This document shows, one piece after another, positions 53,496-63,765 of a stretch of DNA of 64,000 bases; positions within the stretch are counted from its first letter, which is position 1, and every line of letters begins with the position of its first letter. Origin of the DNA: Nitrospirota bacterium (lineage in GTDB: Bacteria; Nitrospirota; UBA9217); the NCBI GenBank assembly GCA_963818475.1, contig CAWFSF010000002.1, positions 704,001-768,000 of the forward strand, written 5' to 3'. The notes below the pieces were generated by a model, which was not told the DNA's origin, made no database searches, and worked only from the letters and a program-made list of their open reading frames with translations. Both the position numbers and the translations under genes were made by a program.

Positions 53496-54581
53496 TCAGC
53501 CCATGTGGTCCGCACGTGCAAGCGGCCGGATCAGGACCCGGCCCTCCTCGCCTTCGCCTCCTTCCACCCGGACATCGATATCCATGAACTGCTGCAGCAC
53601 CCAGAGGTTCGTGAGCAGATGCCGGGTCACGCAACTGGTGGTGAACTCCGACGGGCCCTGACAGAAGGCGAGCCAAGGAACGATCTGGTCAGCCAGATGC
53701 GGATCGAGCGCTCCTTTTTTTTGCAGATAGGAAAGCAGTTCTCCGCACGCTTCGTCAGCCACTTCTTCTGCCCGCTTGCCGATGGCACCGAGGCTGCCGA
53801 ACCCTGCGGAGAGGTGTTCGAACTCGGCAGTAAGGAACAGGAAGGACCCCTTGCCTGCTGACGGCGCTGAAAGGATCTCGATGGATCCGTTGATGCCCTG
53901 TGTGCCGAGGATGGCAAGCGCTTGGTCGCGCTGGCGAACTGCAATGTGGCCCGGAAGGTTCGAGACCGCAGAGATGCCGGTGATGCGCAGAAGCCTGCCC
54001 CGGTCGGTCAGCGTAAGCGGCAGGAGAGTTTGCGTCGGTGCGATGCGGGCAAAGATCTGGCCGCAGCCAAGGGGGTACCAGCCCCAGTATGAGATGGAGA
54101 ATTCTGCACGTACGCAGAGGCGTGAGAGCAGGGGGCCGGCGACGGATCGGAGATAGTGGAACGGTGGGCTCCAGGGCACGTGGGTCCCGCCGTGCACCGT
54201 GACCTGTGACGCCTGGTCCGCTAAGCAGAGGGGCAGGAGGATGGTCTGGAGCACGAGGCTTGTGCTTCCGGCGCTGCCTGTTGTTTCAGCAACATCGAAG
54301 GCGTACGTCCCGCCCCTGGTTTCGTTCGGCCGGAACTGGATCGCTGTTGATTGGAGCTCCGCGCCCTGGACCTCGGCTCCGGAAATGGATGCCGCAACCT
54401 TGACCGCCGCGAGGTGTTGCGGTTGGAGTCCGGGTTTCTTCCTGGCCCTGCGGATATTCGTGATCTCAATCGGCCTGCTGAGCGCGCAGGACAGCGCGAG
54501 CGACGTGCGCAGGATCTGGCCCCCTCCTTCGCCAAAGGCGCCGTCGATGGGTACCATGTCAGGATCGGATGAGTGGTTCAT
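53496..54581 (-). CDS. rtcA: RNA 3'-terminal phosphate cyclase
   Basis: DGA.GEGGGQILR, PGLQPQH, GGTHV, GWYP, D.HLADQ, HLLTN. Confidence 0.93.
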   Translation of the reverse strand: MNHSSDPDMVPIDGAFGEGGGQILRTSLALSCALSRPIEITNIRRARKKPGLQPQHLAAVKVAASISGAEVQGAELQSTAIQFRPNETRGGTYAFDVAETTGSAGSTSLVLQTILLPLCLADQASQVTVHGGTHVPWSPPFHYLRSVAGPLLSRLCVRAEFSISYWGWYPLGCGQIFARIAPTQTLLPLTLTDRGRLLRITGISAVSNLPGHIAVRQRDQALAILGTQGINGSIEILSAPSAGKGSFLFLTAEFEHLSAGFGSLGAIGKRAEEVADEACGELLSYLQKKGALDPHLADQIVPWLAFCQGPSEFTTSCVTRHLLTNLWVLQQFMDIDVRVEGGEGEEGRVLIRPLARADHMG

Positions 54582-54693
54582 ATCCTTTGTGCAAACGTTT
54601 TTTCCTCCGTGCTTTCACCCCGATGCATCATCACTGACAACATAACGCGGGGTTGCCTGTCCTGCTGCGGACCAGCCATGCTATCATTATGGC

Positions 54694-55089
54694 ATGTCCC
54701 TGTTCTACCGCGTCCTCACCGACATCACCTTCATCATTCATCTCGGGTGGATATTCTTCCTGATCGCAGGCGCATACTGGGGAAGGAAGTCGCTGGTGAT
54801 CATGGCAGTCCACAGCCTCGGGCTTGCCTCCTCGCTCGCGATGCAGGTTTTCGGCTGGTACTGTCCGCTCACACACCTGGAGTTCTGGCTCAGACAGCAG
54901 CACGATCCCGGAACCGCCTACCCGGAGTCCTTCATCACGCATTACGCCGAGCGGCTGATCTATCTGAATATACCGTCCTGGCTTATCTTTGCCTGCACCA
55001 TTCTGCTCGTTCTGGTGAGCGGTTTGATCTATGGGAAGGCCCTTAGAGCATCATTGCGCCGGTCCCGCGAAAGCCGCGAAGGACGATGA
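54694..55089 (+). CDS. DUF2784-family membrane protein
   Basis: GWYCPLTHLE..LR, FITHY..RLIY. Confidence 0.8.
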   Translation: MSLFYRVLTDITFIIHLGWIFFLIAGAYWGRKSLVIMAVHSLGLASSLAMQVFGWYCPLTHLEFWLRQQHDPGTAYPESFITHYAERLIYLNIPSWLIFACTILLVLVSGLIYGKALRASLRRSRESREGR

Positions 55090-55136
55090 CAAGCATGGTC
55101 TGTCCTTCCGATCACGACGTCGGCGCCCGAAAATCC

Positions 55137-55919
55137 TCATGCAGTCCCGGCGTGATCGCTTCGAGCACGTCGATCCCACCGAGCGGCAGGATGACGATCC
55201 CTTCCCTGGCGCTTTCGCGTTCCTGATGCCGAGCTGCACAGAGATGGGACAGGACAGGCGTCGCAGGCCCTCTTCCGGCAGAAGTTCTTCCCGATGCGCA
55301 GCAGGGCTGACTCAAGATCAGGAAAATCCACCGCTCGCCCGCCGCTCTTCTTCCATCGGTCCTGCAGCAGGGCAAGGGCCTGTTCAGGCTTCGCGCTCCT
55401 GTTGGGAAGGATGCCGATGTTCCCGGCGGCCAGGAGGACCAGGTCTGTCGGAAGCGGCCGCGCTTTCTTCCATATCCCGCGCATCTCGCGCAGGAAAATG
55501 TTCGCAGTCACACTGCCGATGCCTTTTGCCAATGCAGTAAGCCGCTCCTCCAGGTCACGGGGGTCCGATGCTTCGGCATGCAGCAGATTGAGATCGCCCT
55601 GATAGCGCTCGCGCAGCGCCCGGCAGAGATCGAGCAGCTTGGTGGCGGTCTTGAAGTCGTACCGGGCGTAGCCGCCGCGGTCCAGGAGCTGCACCAGACC
55701 GTCCCATCCGGTCCGCTCGATCGCTTCGGGCGTCATGACGCCTGCCTGCTCAAAGGCTTGGAACGTATGCTTCACGATGGTCTCAGAGATGCGGGCGCCG
55801 AACAGGACCGAGGCGAGGAACCATTGAAAAATATCGTCTGGCCGCCCCGCTTCGAGCTCGATGCCGAGCTCCCGGGAGAACCTGCCGCCCGCAGCTGCAA
55901 CGATCTGGAGCGCGTTCAT
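55137..55919 (-). CDS. HhH / endonuclease III-related DNA-binding or repair protein
   Basis: WFLASVLFGARIS, GGYARYD, KGIG.VT..IFLRE, C-terminal CxxxxCxxCPxxxxC. Confidence 0.7.
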   Translation of the reverse strand: MNALQIVAAAGGRFSRELGIELEAGRPDDIFQWFLASVLFGARISETIVKHTFQAFEQAGVMTPEAIERTGWDGLVQLLDRGGYARYDFKTATKLLDLCRALRERYQGDLNLLHAEASDPRDLEERLTALAKGIGSVTANIFLREMRGIWKKARPLPTDLVLLAAGNIGILPNRSAKPEQALALLQDRWKKSGGRAVDFPDLESALLRIGKNFCRKRACDACPVPSLCSSASGTRKRQGRDRHPAARWDRRARSDHAGTA

Positions 55920-55920
55920 A

Positions 55921-56631
55921 TCATTTCCGTCCCAGAGGGATGAGGTAGAGGGGTTGCTGTCCTGCGATTCGAAGCAGGTTGACCACGTCCCGGTCGGAAA
56001 ATGCGCCGATCATCACGGACCCGAGCCCGAGCGCCACGGCCTGAAGGCAGATGTTTTGCGCGGCATGGCCTGCTTCGAGATGCACATACCGCACCCCGCG
56101 CTCGCCGTACTTGATCGTGGTCTTCCCATAGTCGGCGACAATGGCGATCACCAAGGGAGCTTTCCGGATGGAGGACTGGCCGAGGGCTGCGTTTGCCAGG
56201 TCCGGGCGCTGGTCACCTTCGGCGATCCTTACGAGGAGGTGGCCGTCAGGCTCGTACCTATAGGTCCCGGCAGGAAGCGCTGCTACGCTGCCGGCGACAA
56301 CGAAGAGCTCGAGGGGATAAAGGCCGCCGGCCGAGGGTGCGGTGCGAAATCCGCGGGGATGGGTGATCCCTTGAGCGGCCCAGAGCAGCTGCGAGAGCTC
56401 CTCGAGCGTGACAGGCTTGTCTGCAAAGGACCTGAGGGAGCGCCGCGCCGCAAGGGCGGCTTCAACAGAGGTCGTGCCGTCAAGGCGCGGCTGGGGCAGC
56501 CGGATGAGGGCGGGGTTAGAGGCACTGTCTGCACCGCGGTCTCCGCTAAAGCCGGACAGCGGCGATCCGGCAAGTCCGAAGGCTGCAAAGGTAAAGAGAG
56601 CGCGGACAAGATGGTTGACTGGCATCGTCAT
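55921..56631 (-). CDS. SagB/ThcOx-family nitroreductase-like dehydrogenase
   Basis: RRSLR.F, LLWAAQG, RTAPSAGGLYPLE, EAGHAAQN. Confidence 0.88.
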   Translation of the reverse strand: MTMPVNHLVRALFTFAAFGLAGSPLSGFSGDRGADSASNPALIRLPQPRLDGTTSVEAALAARRSLRSFADKPVTLEELSQLLWAAQGITHPRGFRTAPSAGGLYPLELFVVAGSVAALPAGTYRYEPDGHLLVRIAEGDQRPDLANAALGQSSIRKAPLVIAIVADYGKTTIKYGERGVRYVHLEAGHAAQNICLQAVALGLGSVMIGAFSDRDVVNLLRIAGQQPLYLIPLGRK

Positions 56632-56888
56632 GACGCACACCCCAGATCGAAGTAGAGCGACGGAAAGCCTGCTGCTGTGATGCGTGCAGGCAGGGGCAGC
56701 ACTTTCCTCTTATGCAATTCTACCTCATCTTCCCGGGTCTGCAGGGAGGGGGACGCCGGAACCAAAAAACATCCCTCGTAATGACAAAGAAGAGGGCATT
56801 GCTCGAAGGCTGTTTCTTTTTGCACCAATCAAAAGACCGCGTGAGAAATGAGGTATGCTTGTATATAAAGCTAAAGAAGGAGGATGCC

Positions 56889-57290
56889 ATGAAGATATTC
56901 TCGTCCGTTTCGTTCGTTATACTGCCAGTTGCTCTTCTTGCTGCTGCGCCGGCGATCGCAGAACAAGTCGGGCACCACGGCTATACCGTTGAAGAAAAAG
57001 GAACAACAGAGAGCTGCCTGTCCTGCCACGATGGGTCGATTGGCAGGAATGTAATGGTTTGCACGGTAAAATGCGATTACAGAACCTCGCATCCGATAGA
57101 GAAAAGATATCCTCCTTCAGGCAAAGTGGCTTACTTTGCATCTCTTGCACAGGTGACTGCCAGGGGTGTCAGGATCGTGAACGGGAAGGTGACCTGCATA
57201 TCCTGTCATGATCTGAAAAAACAGACCGCACACCATCTGGTCCTGGATGAGAACGGCAGGAATTGCGAGATCTGCCATATCAGATACTGA
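56889..57290 (+). CDS. Triheme c-type cytochrome
   Basis: Signal peptide; CLSCHDG, SHP, CISCH, CEICH. Confidence 0.82.
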   Translation: MKIFSSVSFVILPVALLAAAPAIAEQVGHHGYTVEEKGTTESCLSCHDGSIGRNVMVCTVKCDYRTSHPIEKRYPPSGKVAYFASLAQVTARGVRIVNGKVTCISCHDLKKQTAHHLVLDENGRNCEICHIRY

Positions 57291-57304
57291 GGGGGAGGAC
57301 ACTG

Positions 57305-58192
57305 TTGCTCCTGGACGATCATGATGCAGAGGAGCTGGAGTTCCTGCGGGGGGAAGTAAAGCGTCTGCGGAGGACGCTGAACGTCCTCACGCCGTCGCTC
57401 GAGATGCTGCTCAAGCGGCGGGGCTTCCGGGTCTACAAAAAAGAGCCACCCGATGATCTGCTGGTCCCGGACGAACCCTTCTGCGATGGCTTCTACGCCG
57501 CTCTGCACAAGTACTCCTTCCGCCTTTTCCTCCGCGACGTTATCAAGCACCAGGAGCGGTTCACGCTCGAGCAGGTGACGCGCTACGCCTCGACGCGGGT
57601 CATCAAGTCCTACCTCGGCTATCTTCGCGACATCGGCATGATCAGAGAGGGGGCCGCAGGCTACATCCTGACGCACCGGCCGGTCACCAGCTTCGGGCCG
57701 ACGCTGGAATGGTACGTGGCGGAGCTGCTGAAACGGGAGTTCGGGGCGGAAGCGCTCTGGGGCGTAAAGTTCAGACGGCCGAAGGTGGGCGGAGATTACG
57801 ACGTGCTGGCGAAGCTGGACAATTCGCTCTTGTACGTTGAGGTGAAATCCTCGCCGCCCAAGCAGGTCGCGGACAGCGAGATCGCGGCGTTCCTGGACCG
57901 CGTCGACGACCTTGCGCCGGAGGCCGCCGTTTTCCTCATGGACACCGAGCTTCGGATGAAGGACAAGGTGGTGCCGATGTTCGAGCAGGAGCTGGCGAAG
58001 CGCACGGCCCAGCCGCTGCCTGTGCTCAGGATCGAGAGGGAACTTTTTCACCTGCAGGACCGCATCTTTATCGTGAACGCCAAGGAGAGCATCCGCAGGA
58101 ACATCGAAAAGATCGTGGCCCGGTTCTTTCAGAAGCATTGGGCCGGCAGTTCCAGCGGGACCAGTGATGGGATAAATAAACCTATAACCTAG
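57305..58192 (+). CDS. Hypothetical protein with a PD-(D/E)XK-like nuclease motif
   Basis: TLEWYV...DYDV...YVEVKS; start inferred from a GGAGG RBS. Confidence 0.6.
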   Translation: MLLDDHDAEELEFLRGEVKRLRRTLNVLTPSLEMLLKRRGFRVYKKEPPDDLLVPDEPFCDGFYAALHKYSFRLFLRDVIKHQERFTLEQVTRYASTRVIKSYLGYLRDIGMIREGAAGYILTHRPVTSFGPTLEWYVAELLKREFGAEALWGVKFRRPKVGGDYDVLAKLDNSLLYVEVKSSPPKQVADSEIAAFLDRVDDLAPEAAVFLMDTELRMKDKVVPMFEQELAKRTAQPLPVLRIERELFHLQDRIFIVNAKESIRRNIEKIVARFFQKHWAGSSSGTSDGINKPIT

Positions 58193-58498
58193 AACGGCAG
58201 TTGGCCGCAGATTTACGCAGATTCACGCAGATAAAATCAGGCATTCAGCATTCAGGATAAAGAAGTCACAAACACAGGCACTTGATGTTTATGTGATTTC
58301 TGTGCATTTTGTGGGTAAACTGCTCTTTTAGGATAAACCGCTTGAGAAAAAAAGCCGGCGAAAATGAACTTACCTTTTCAGCCGGCTATAGGTACGAATA
58401 GACACCGCAAAGGCAGGATGCTCATTCCCACGTTCGCAGCCCTCGTCCAGCGTCAAGCCAAAATAGCATGAGGCAGAGGGCGCAAGACAAGCGGTCTT

Positions 58499-60418
58499 CT
58501 ACGCCGTCCCCCGTTCCCCGCCGAACATTTCTATGATCTTTCTTACTAAGGCAGGCAGCGAGGGGTCCCTCGCTCCCATGAGAAGAACGCAGTCTTCTGG
58601 CTTCGCATCGGCCTGTAATCTGGCCAGGAGCTCATCGCGATCGCTCACTGCCTGCGCTTTGAATGCCACGGGGCCAAGGCCCGTGATGATGTCTGCGGAG
58701 GAGATGTTTTTCTGCGCCGTGCCGCCGGCATAATAGATCGGCAGGAGATAGAGCGAGTCCTGCTGCCGGAAAGCGGTCCGGAAGGTCGCGATGTATTCAT
58801 CTTTCAAGAATCGGGTCGGACCGAATCCATGCGGCTGGTACACGGCAAGAATGCGCTCCGAAAGGCCCCGGCTGGCACTGACCGCAGCCGCGATCTTTGC
58901 CGGGTTATGCGCAAAGTCGTCGACTACCTGCACGTTCTGTTTTGTTCCGGTCACGGAAAAACGACGCGCCACACCGTCATACTGTTGTACCGCATGGGCA
59001 AGCGCTGCAGGTTCGCACCCGTACTGCTCGCACACACAGAGCGCAGCGCAGAGGTTTTCCAGATTGTGCTCACCCGGCAGCGGCAGATGATACTCAACGT
59101 TGTTCCTGAAAAGCTTGACCGAGGTCGGCAGAAGCTCTTCCCGGTCCGGCCGCCACGAGCTGGAACCATTCCGGCCGAAGCGCAGGGTTGCTGGAAGGGA
59201 AGCAAGGACCGGGTCGTCGGCATTGGATGCTGTCCAGGAAGATTGCGAAGCCAGCGTTTTGAAAAGCGCTGTGATCTCGTCAACGCTTTTGTGGTCCTTC
59301 GAAACATTCAGGATGACCGAGGCGTCGGGACAATACTTGACCAGCGTTCCGTCGCTTTCGTCCGCCTCCACCACCAGAAGATCGGAACCGCCGCTGTAGG
59401 CATTGCCGATAAGCCCCTTTTTTTCAAGCCTGCGCAAACCAGCGCCGCTCAGGAGGGAGGGCGACTTGCCGCAGGCGGTCAGGAATTCGAATATCATCGC
59501 GGTCACCGTGGACTTGCCGCTCGTGCCCGCAACGGCGATCGTCTTCTTTGCGGCGATGAGCGCGGCGAGCACGTCTGAGCGATGGACGATCGGAATGCCG
59601 CGCCTCCTGGCAGCGGCGATGTCGGGATTCGAGTCTTCTATTGCCGTTGAGATGCAGACGACATCCGTGTTCGCACGCACACCCGAACCGTCCTGAGGCG
59701 CGATGGCGCATCCGAGCCCTTCAAGCGATCGCCGGATCGCGGCGGTGTCATCGCTTGCATGGAAGCGGTCGGAACCCGAGACCGTGATCCCCTGAAAGCG
59801 CAGGTATTGCGCCAGCGCGCTCATGCCGCTGCCGAATATGCCGGTGAAATGGACGCTGCGGCACCGGCCTCCGCTGATAACGATCGGCGGAGGGTCGATG
59901 TAGACGAGCGTGCCTTCCTTCACTGTTTCGAACAGGCGGGCGATGTCGAGGTTGCGCAAACAGACGCACCCGTGAGAGAGAGGAGTGCCGATCAGGTCCT
60001 CCCGGCCGGTGCCGTGGATATAGATGTAGCGTTCGTAGGAATCCACGCTCCCGCCCTTGTTGATCCCCTCCTCCAGGCCTTCGAGCCGCAGGATGCGGGT
60101 CAGGATCAGGTTGTCCCCGGTCTGGCTGTGGTCCCAGTCCTCGCCCGTGTCCTCGCGGTCCCTGAAGACGCGGCCGGGAGGCGCGCCTGCTCCGAACTTC
60201 TCCCTGATCCGGTGGAGACCGACCGGTGTTTTAAGCGAGTTTTCCCGATTGCCGATGCCGAACCGGGAGGTCGATGCGTCGTAGCGCTCGACAATGGTGT
60301 CGTTCGAACAGACGAAAAGCGTCTGCGTCTCGATCGATACCACTAGATAGTGGTCTTGCGGATTGGTTAAAAAGGGACCTACTCTTTTGAGAATACGATG
60401 TAGTCGAGCTGTTTCCAT
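58499..60418 (-). CDS. L,D-transpeptidase domain fused to a MurC/Mpl-like Mur ligase
   Basis: YIYIHGT...SHGC, then GIFGSGMS, AGTSGKST, EADESDG, DDFAHNP, YQPH in one ORF. Confidence 0.85.
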   Translation of the reverse strand: METARLHRILKRVGPFLTNPQDHYLVVSIETQTLFVCSNDTIVERYDASTSRFGIGNRENSLKTPVGLHRIREKFGAGAPPGRVFRDREDTGEDWDHSQTGDNLILTRILRLEGLEEGINKGGSVDSYERYIYIHGTGREDLIGTPLSHGCVCLRNLDIARLFETVKEGTLVYIDPPPIVISGGRCRSVHFTGIFGSGMSALAQYLRFQGITVSGSDRFHASDDTAAIRRSLEGLGCAIAPQDGSGVRANTDVVCISTAIEDSNPDIAAARRRGIPIVHRSDVLAALIAAKKTIAVAGTSGKSTVTAMIFEFLTACGKSPSLLSGAGLRRLEKKGLIGNAYSGGSDLLVVEADESDGTLVKYCPDASVILNVSKDHKSVDEITALFKTLASQSSWTASNADDPVLASLPATLRFGRNGSSSWRPDREELLPTSVKLFRNNVEYHLPLPGEHNLENLCAALCVCEQYGCEPAALAHAVQQYDGVARRFSVTGTKQNVQVVDDFAHNPAKIAAAVSASRGLSERILAVYQPHGFGPTRFLKDEYIATFRTAFRQQDSLYLLPIYYAGGTAQKNISSADIITGLGPVAFKAQAVSDRDELLARLQADAKPEDCVLLMGARDPSLPALVRKIIEMFGGERGTA

Positions 60419-60593
60419 ACGTGATCCGCTGCTTTCCTTGCAGAATATTTTTGTAAAAGCCCAGCGACAATATAAAGGTAGCCATGGTGTATTGTCAAGT
60501 CGATAGAGACCCTCGCCGTCATTGCGAGCCAAAGGCGAAGCCTCAGATTTTTGCCCCTTTTTCTGATCAACCTCACAAACATGCTAAAACAGG

Positions 60594-60622
60594 TTGACAT
60601 GGTTGCAATTTGCAACTATCAT
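60594..60622 (+). promoter_or_regulatory. Sigma70 promoter with a palindromic operator in the spacer
   Basis: TTGACA-17-TATCAT; GTTGCAA-T-TTGCAAC at 60602-60616. Confidence 0.6.
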
Positions 60623-60718
60623 AAAGCTGGTGCATCAATATGTGAGCTGCCACAAAATGCTGCGTGACGCTTTCTTTAACAAAAAACGAAGGCTAATCCT
60701 ATATAGCAGGAGGTCATC

Positions 60719-61616
60719 ATGGTAGAGATTTGTCCGGTCAATAATACAGAGAAATTGCTTTTAGCCACAGACGGCTCACCATTCAGCGAAGGCGCGATAC
60801 GGGAAGCGATCCGCCTGGCAAAAAAGTGCTCAAGCAAACTTTCGGCAATATCCGTGATCGAAACGAATCCCGAGTATGAGACGATCGCGCCCCAGCTTCT
60901 TGAAAGGTCCGAGAAAACGGCGCGGGAGCATCTCGAGTCCGTGAAGGCGCAGGCAAAGAAGGAGGGAGTCGACTGCAGCACCAGCATTCTTGAAGGGCAG
61001 GACTCCTATAATTATATTTCCGAGGAAGCGGCGAAAAGTAAAATATCGATGATCATCATGGGCAGGCGCGGCCGGACCGGCCTCAAGCGGCTCATGATGG
61101 GAAGCACGACCGCGCGGGTCATCGGCCATGCGCCCTGCAATGTGCTGGTCGTGCCGCGCGCGGCAGTCGTTGAGTTCAAGAGCATTGTCATTGCAACGGA
61201 CGGTTCTCCCTATTCGACAGCAGCGGCATCAGAGGCCATCGGCATCGCCAAGAGGAACGGCAGCAAGCTGACGGTCATCTCGGTGGTCCCTGCCGAGCTC
61301 GCGACGCCGACGGACATTGATTTCGCCGCGACCCAGCGCGAACTCCTGGCGGACAAAGAGATGCAGGCTGCCGAGAAGAACGCGAAAGCGGTGAAGGAAG
61401 CGGCGCAGAAAGAGGGTGTCGCGGTGCAGGCCTTTGTCATGACCGGCAAGCCGGCCGATGCCGTTATCGAGACCGCGAAGGAGAAAAGCGCCGACCTCAT
61501 CATCGTGGGCAGCCACGGACGAACGGGCATCGAGCGGCTCCTGATGGGCAGCGTGGCGGAGCGGGTGATCGTGATGGCCGTCCTGCGCGGTGCTGGTGGC
61601 GAAAGCAGGAAAGTAA
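60719..61616 (+). CDS. Tandem-domain universal stress protein, probable 3' frameshift
   Basis: Two ATDGS...G.(R/H)GRTG..R..MGS units; the shifted frame gives SCAVLVAK then a stop at 61616. Confidence 0.9.
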
Positions 61617-61735
61617 CAGAACAAAGCATTGCCCGCAGATTACTCAGATGACGCAGATCAGAACGGACCTGACCTATTTTAGGTTCATTCGTATTTAAGT
61701 TGAAATACTCATAAAACTGAAATTCAAGATCAAGA

Positions 61736-61843
61736 ACCTCTTTGGAGGGGAAAGGGGGAAGTTGGGAGAAAAGGGGTAACTGCCTTTTAATAAGAATTAA
61801 TCCCCATTTCACCATTCTTCTCCATTTCTCCTCACAAGGTTCT
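61736..61843. repeat. Dispersed purine/pyrimidine hairpin repeat, copy 2
   Basis: Aligns with 12273-12379. Confidence 0.8.
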
Positions 61844-61990
61844 TCTTCGAGTTTCGAACCTAAATCCGTTTCTTCAACTGTTATACGAAAGAGCCTTTAT
61901 TAAATCTGCGTCCATTTGCGAAATCTGCGGACAAAGATTTTTCTCTGATGAAATATTCTTCTGAGAAATGTGTCACCACCGTGGAAATTT

Positions 61991-63297
61991 ATGCTGAACA
62001 TCCTCATCATATCCGATGAAGCGAAGACCATCGCTTCCCTGTTCAAGGCGGCGGGGTTCAGTTCCGACACCCGGAACCCGTCAAAGCCGAACAGCGTTTC
62101 TGAATCAGCTCCGCCCAGGGCGGAAGGCTACGATATCGCCTTTCTGGACCTCGACACCGAGGACTGGCAGCAGCGGCTGCTCGACGTGCGTCACAGCATG
62201 CCGGTCATCGCTTTTTCTCTTCCTGACCTGAAGAAGGCCGTAGAGGCCATGAAGCTCGGCGCCAGCGATTATCTGGAAAAGCCGCTGACCGGCGAGGTCC
62301 TGAGCCAGGCCATCGAGACGGCACAAGAAGCGGATCCTGACCCACAAGTACGGATTCGACGAGATCATCGGGATGAGCAGGCCCATGCAGGATGTCTTCG
62401 GCCTGATCAAAAAAGCCGCGGCCAGCGAGAGCAACGTGCTGATCACCGGCGAGAGCGGCACGGGCAAGGAGCTGATCGCCCGGGCGATCCACCGGTGGAG
62501 CCCGCGCAGCGAGAAGTCCTTCATGACCATCAACTGCAGCGCCATCCCGGACACGCTGCTCGAATCGGAGCTCTTCGGCTTCGAAAAGGGCGCTTTTACC
62601 GGCGCACAGTACCTGAAGAAGGGCCTCCTCGAGCAGGCTGACGGCGGCACGGTCTTCTTCGACGAGATCGGCGATGTGTCGCCGCTGTTCCAGACCAAGG
62701 TCCTGCGGGTGCTGCAGGAAGGCGAGATCATGCGCATCGGCGGGATGCGGCAGATCAAGGTGGACGTGCGCTATATTGTCGCCACCAACGTCGACCTCAA
62801 GACAGCGTGCCAGCGCGGCGCCTTCCGGGAAGACCTCTTCTACCGCTTGAACGTGATCAACATCCATCTGCCGCCGCTCCGGGACCGGATGGAGGATGTG
62901 CCGCTGCTGGCAAAGCATCTGATCCAGGAGCATGCGGTCAAGCGGAAGGACATCATGATCAAGTGCATCAGCGGCGATGCCCTGAATATCCTCATGAACC
63001 ACTCCTATGCCGGCAATGTGCGGGAACTGGAAAACATCATCGAACGGGCCATATCCTTTGCAAACACCTCGGACATCCTGCCGGCAGACCTTCCCCCTTA
63101 TCTCCTGCAGGCAACGCCTGCCAAACCCCGGCCCGCGGCCCAGCGGCTTCGCGACGCCATCGACACGGCCGAACGGGAAACGATCGCTGCCGCTCTTCTC
63201 GAATCACAGGGCAACATTTCCCGCGCAGCAACCAGCCCTCGGCATTTATCGCCAGCAACTCCAGCGCAAGATCAAGCAGTATAAAATAGCAACATAA
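61991..63297 (+). CDS. Sigma54-dependent response regulator (NtrC family), frameshifts near 62320 and 63235
   Basis: Receiver domain; [34 protein letters not shown]; Fis-type HTH. Confidence 0.92.
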
Positions 63298-63435
63298 CAG
63301 ATCACAACGCAACATATTACTGCACCTAATACCTGCCTAAGCAGCAGCTTTTTCGTCAATCTAAGCGCAACATTAAATTGCCCCACAATTAATCAACAAG
63401 CTAAAAACATCGTTAATTTCAATAGCGTTGTATTA

Positions 63436-63451
63436 TGGCACGCCTCTTGTA
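63436..63451 (+). promoter_or_regulatory. Probable sigma54 promoter (-12 variant)
   Basis: TGGCACGCCTCTTGTA (GG-N10-GT); GCAACAT motifs upstream at 63289, 63309 and 63367. Confidence 0.55.
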
Positions 63452-63484
63452 ATACATATGTGCAAAACATAACGGAGGCTACCA

Positions 63485-63745
63485 ATGAAAAAACTCATGA
63501 AGAAGCTTGAAGACATCATGGTAGCAATCACGTTTGCAGAGGCAGGAGAGTTTGACGAGGCGAACAGGATCGCGGGCAACGAGACTGATCCAGGAAGAAA
63601 AGACAGCAACTCCTGCACCTGCGACCGGAAGATAGCAGGCGGCAGCAGGAACAGATCTTCGTTCTGCAACTTGCCGGGCAGGCTGGCGCTTCGGGCCCCT
63701 GAAAAGGGAACCCGGAATTTTTTTGACCAATTAAAAACATTATAA
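63485..63745 (+). CDS. Small hypothetical protein
   Basis: GGAGG RBS; MKKLMKKLEDIMVAITFAEAGEFDEA. Confidence 0.6.
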   Translation: MKKLMKKLEDIMVAITFAEAGEFDEANRIAGNETDPGRKDSNSCTCDRKIAGGSRNRSSFCNLPGRLALRAPEKGTRNFFDQLKTL

Positions 63746-63765
63746 CAATCTGACGAGATGACCTT

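Noticed and set aside
55921-56631. Azole-RiPP biosynthesis
   Set aside because: Standalone SagB-like domain without YcaO or a precursor peptide
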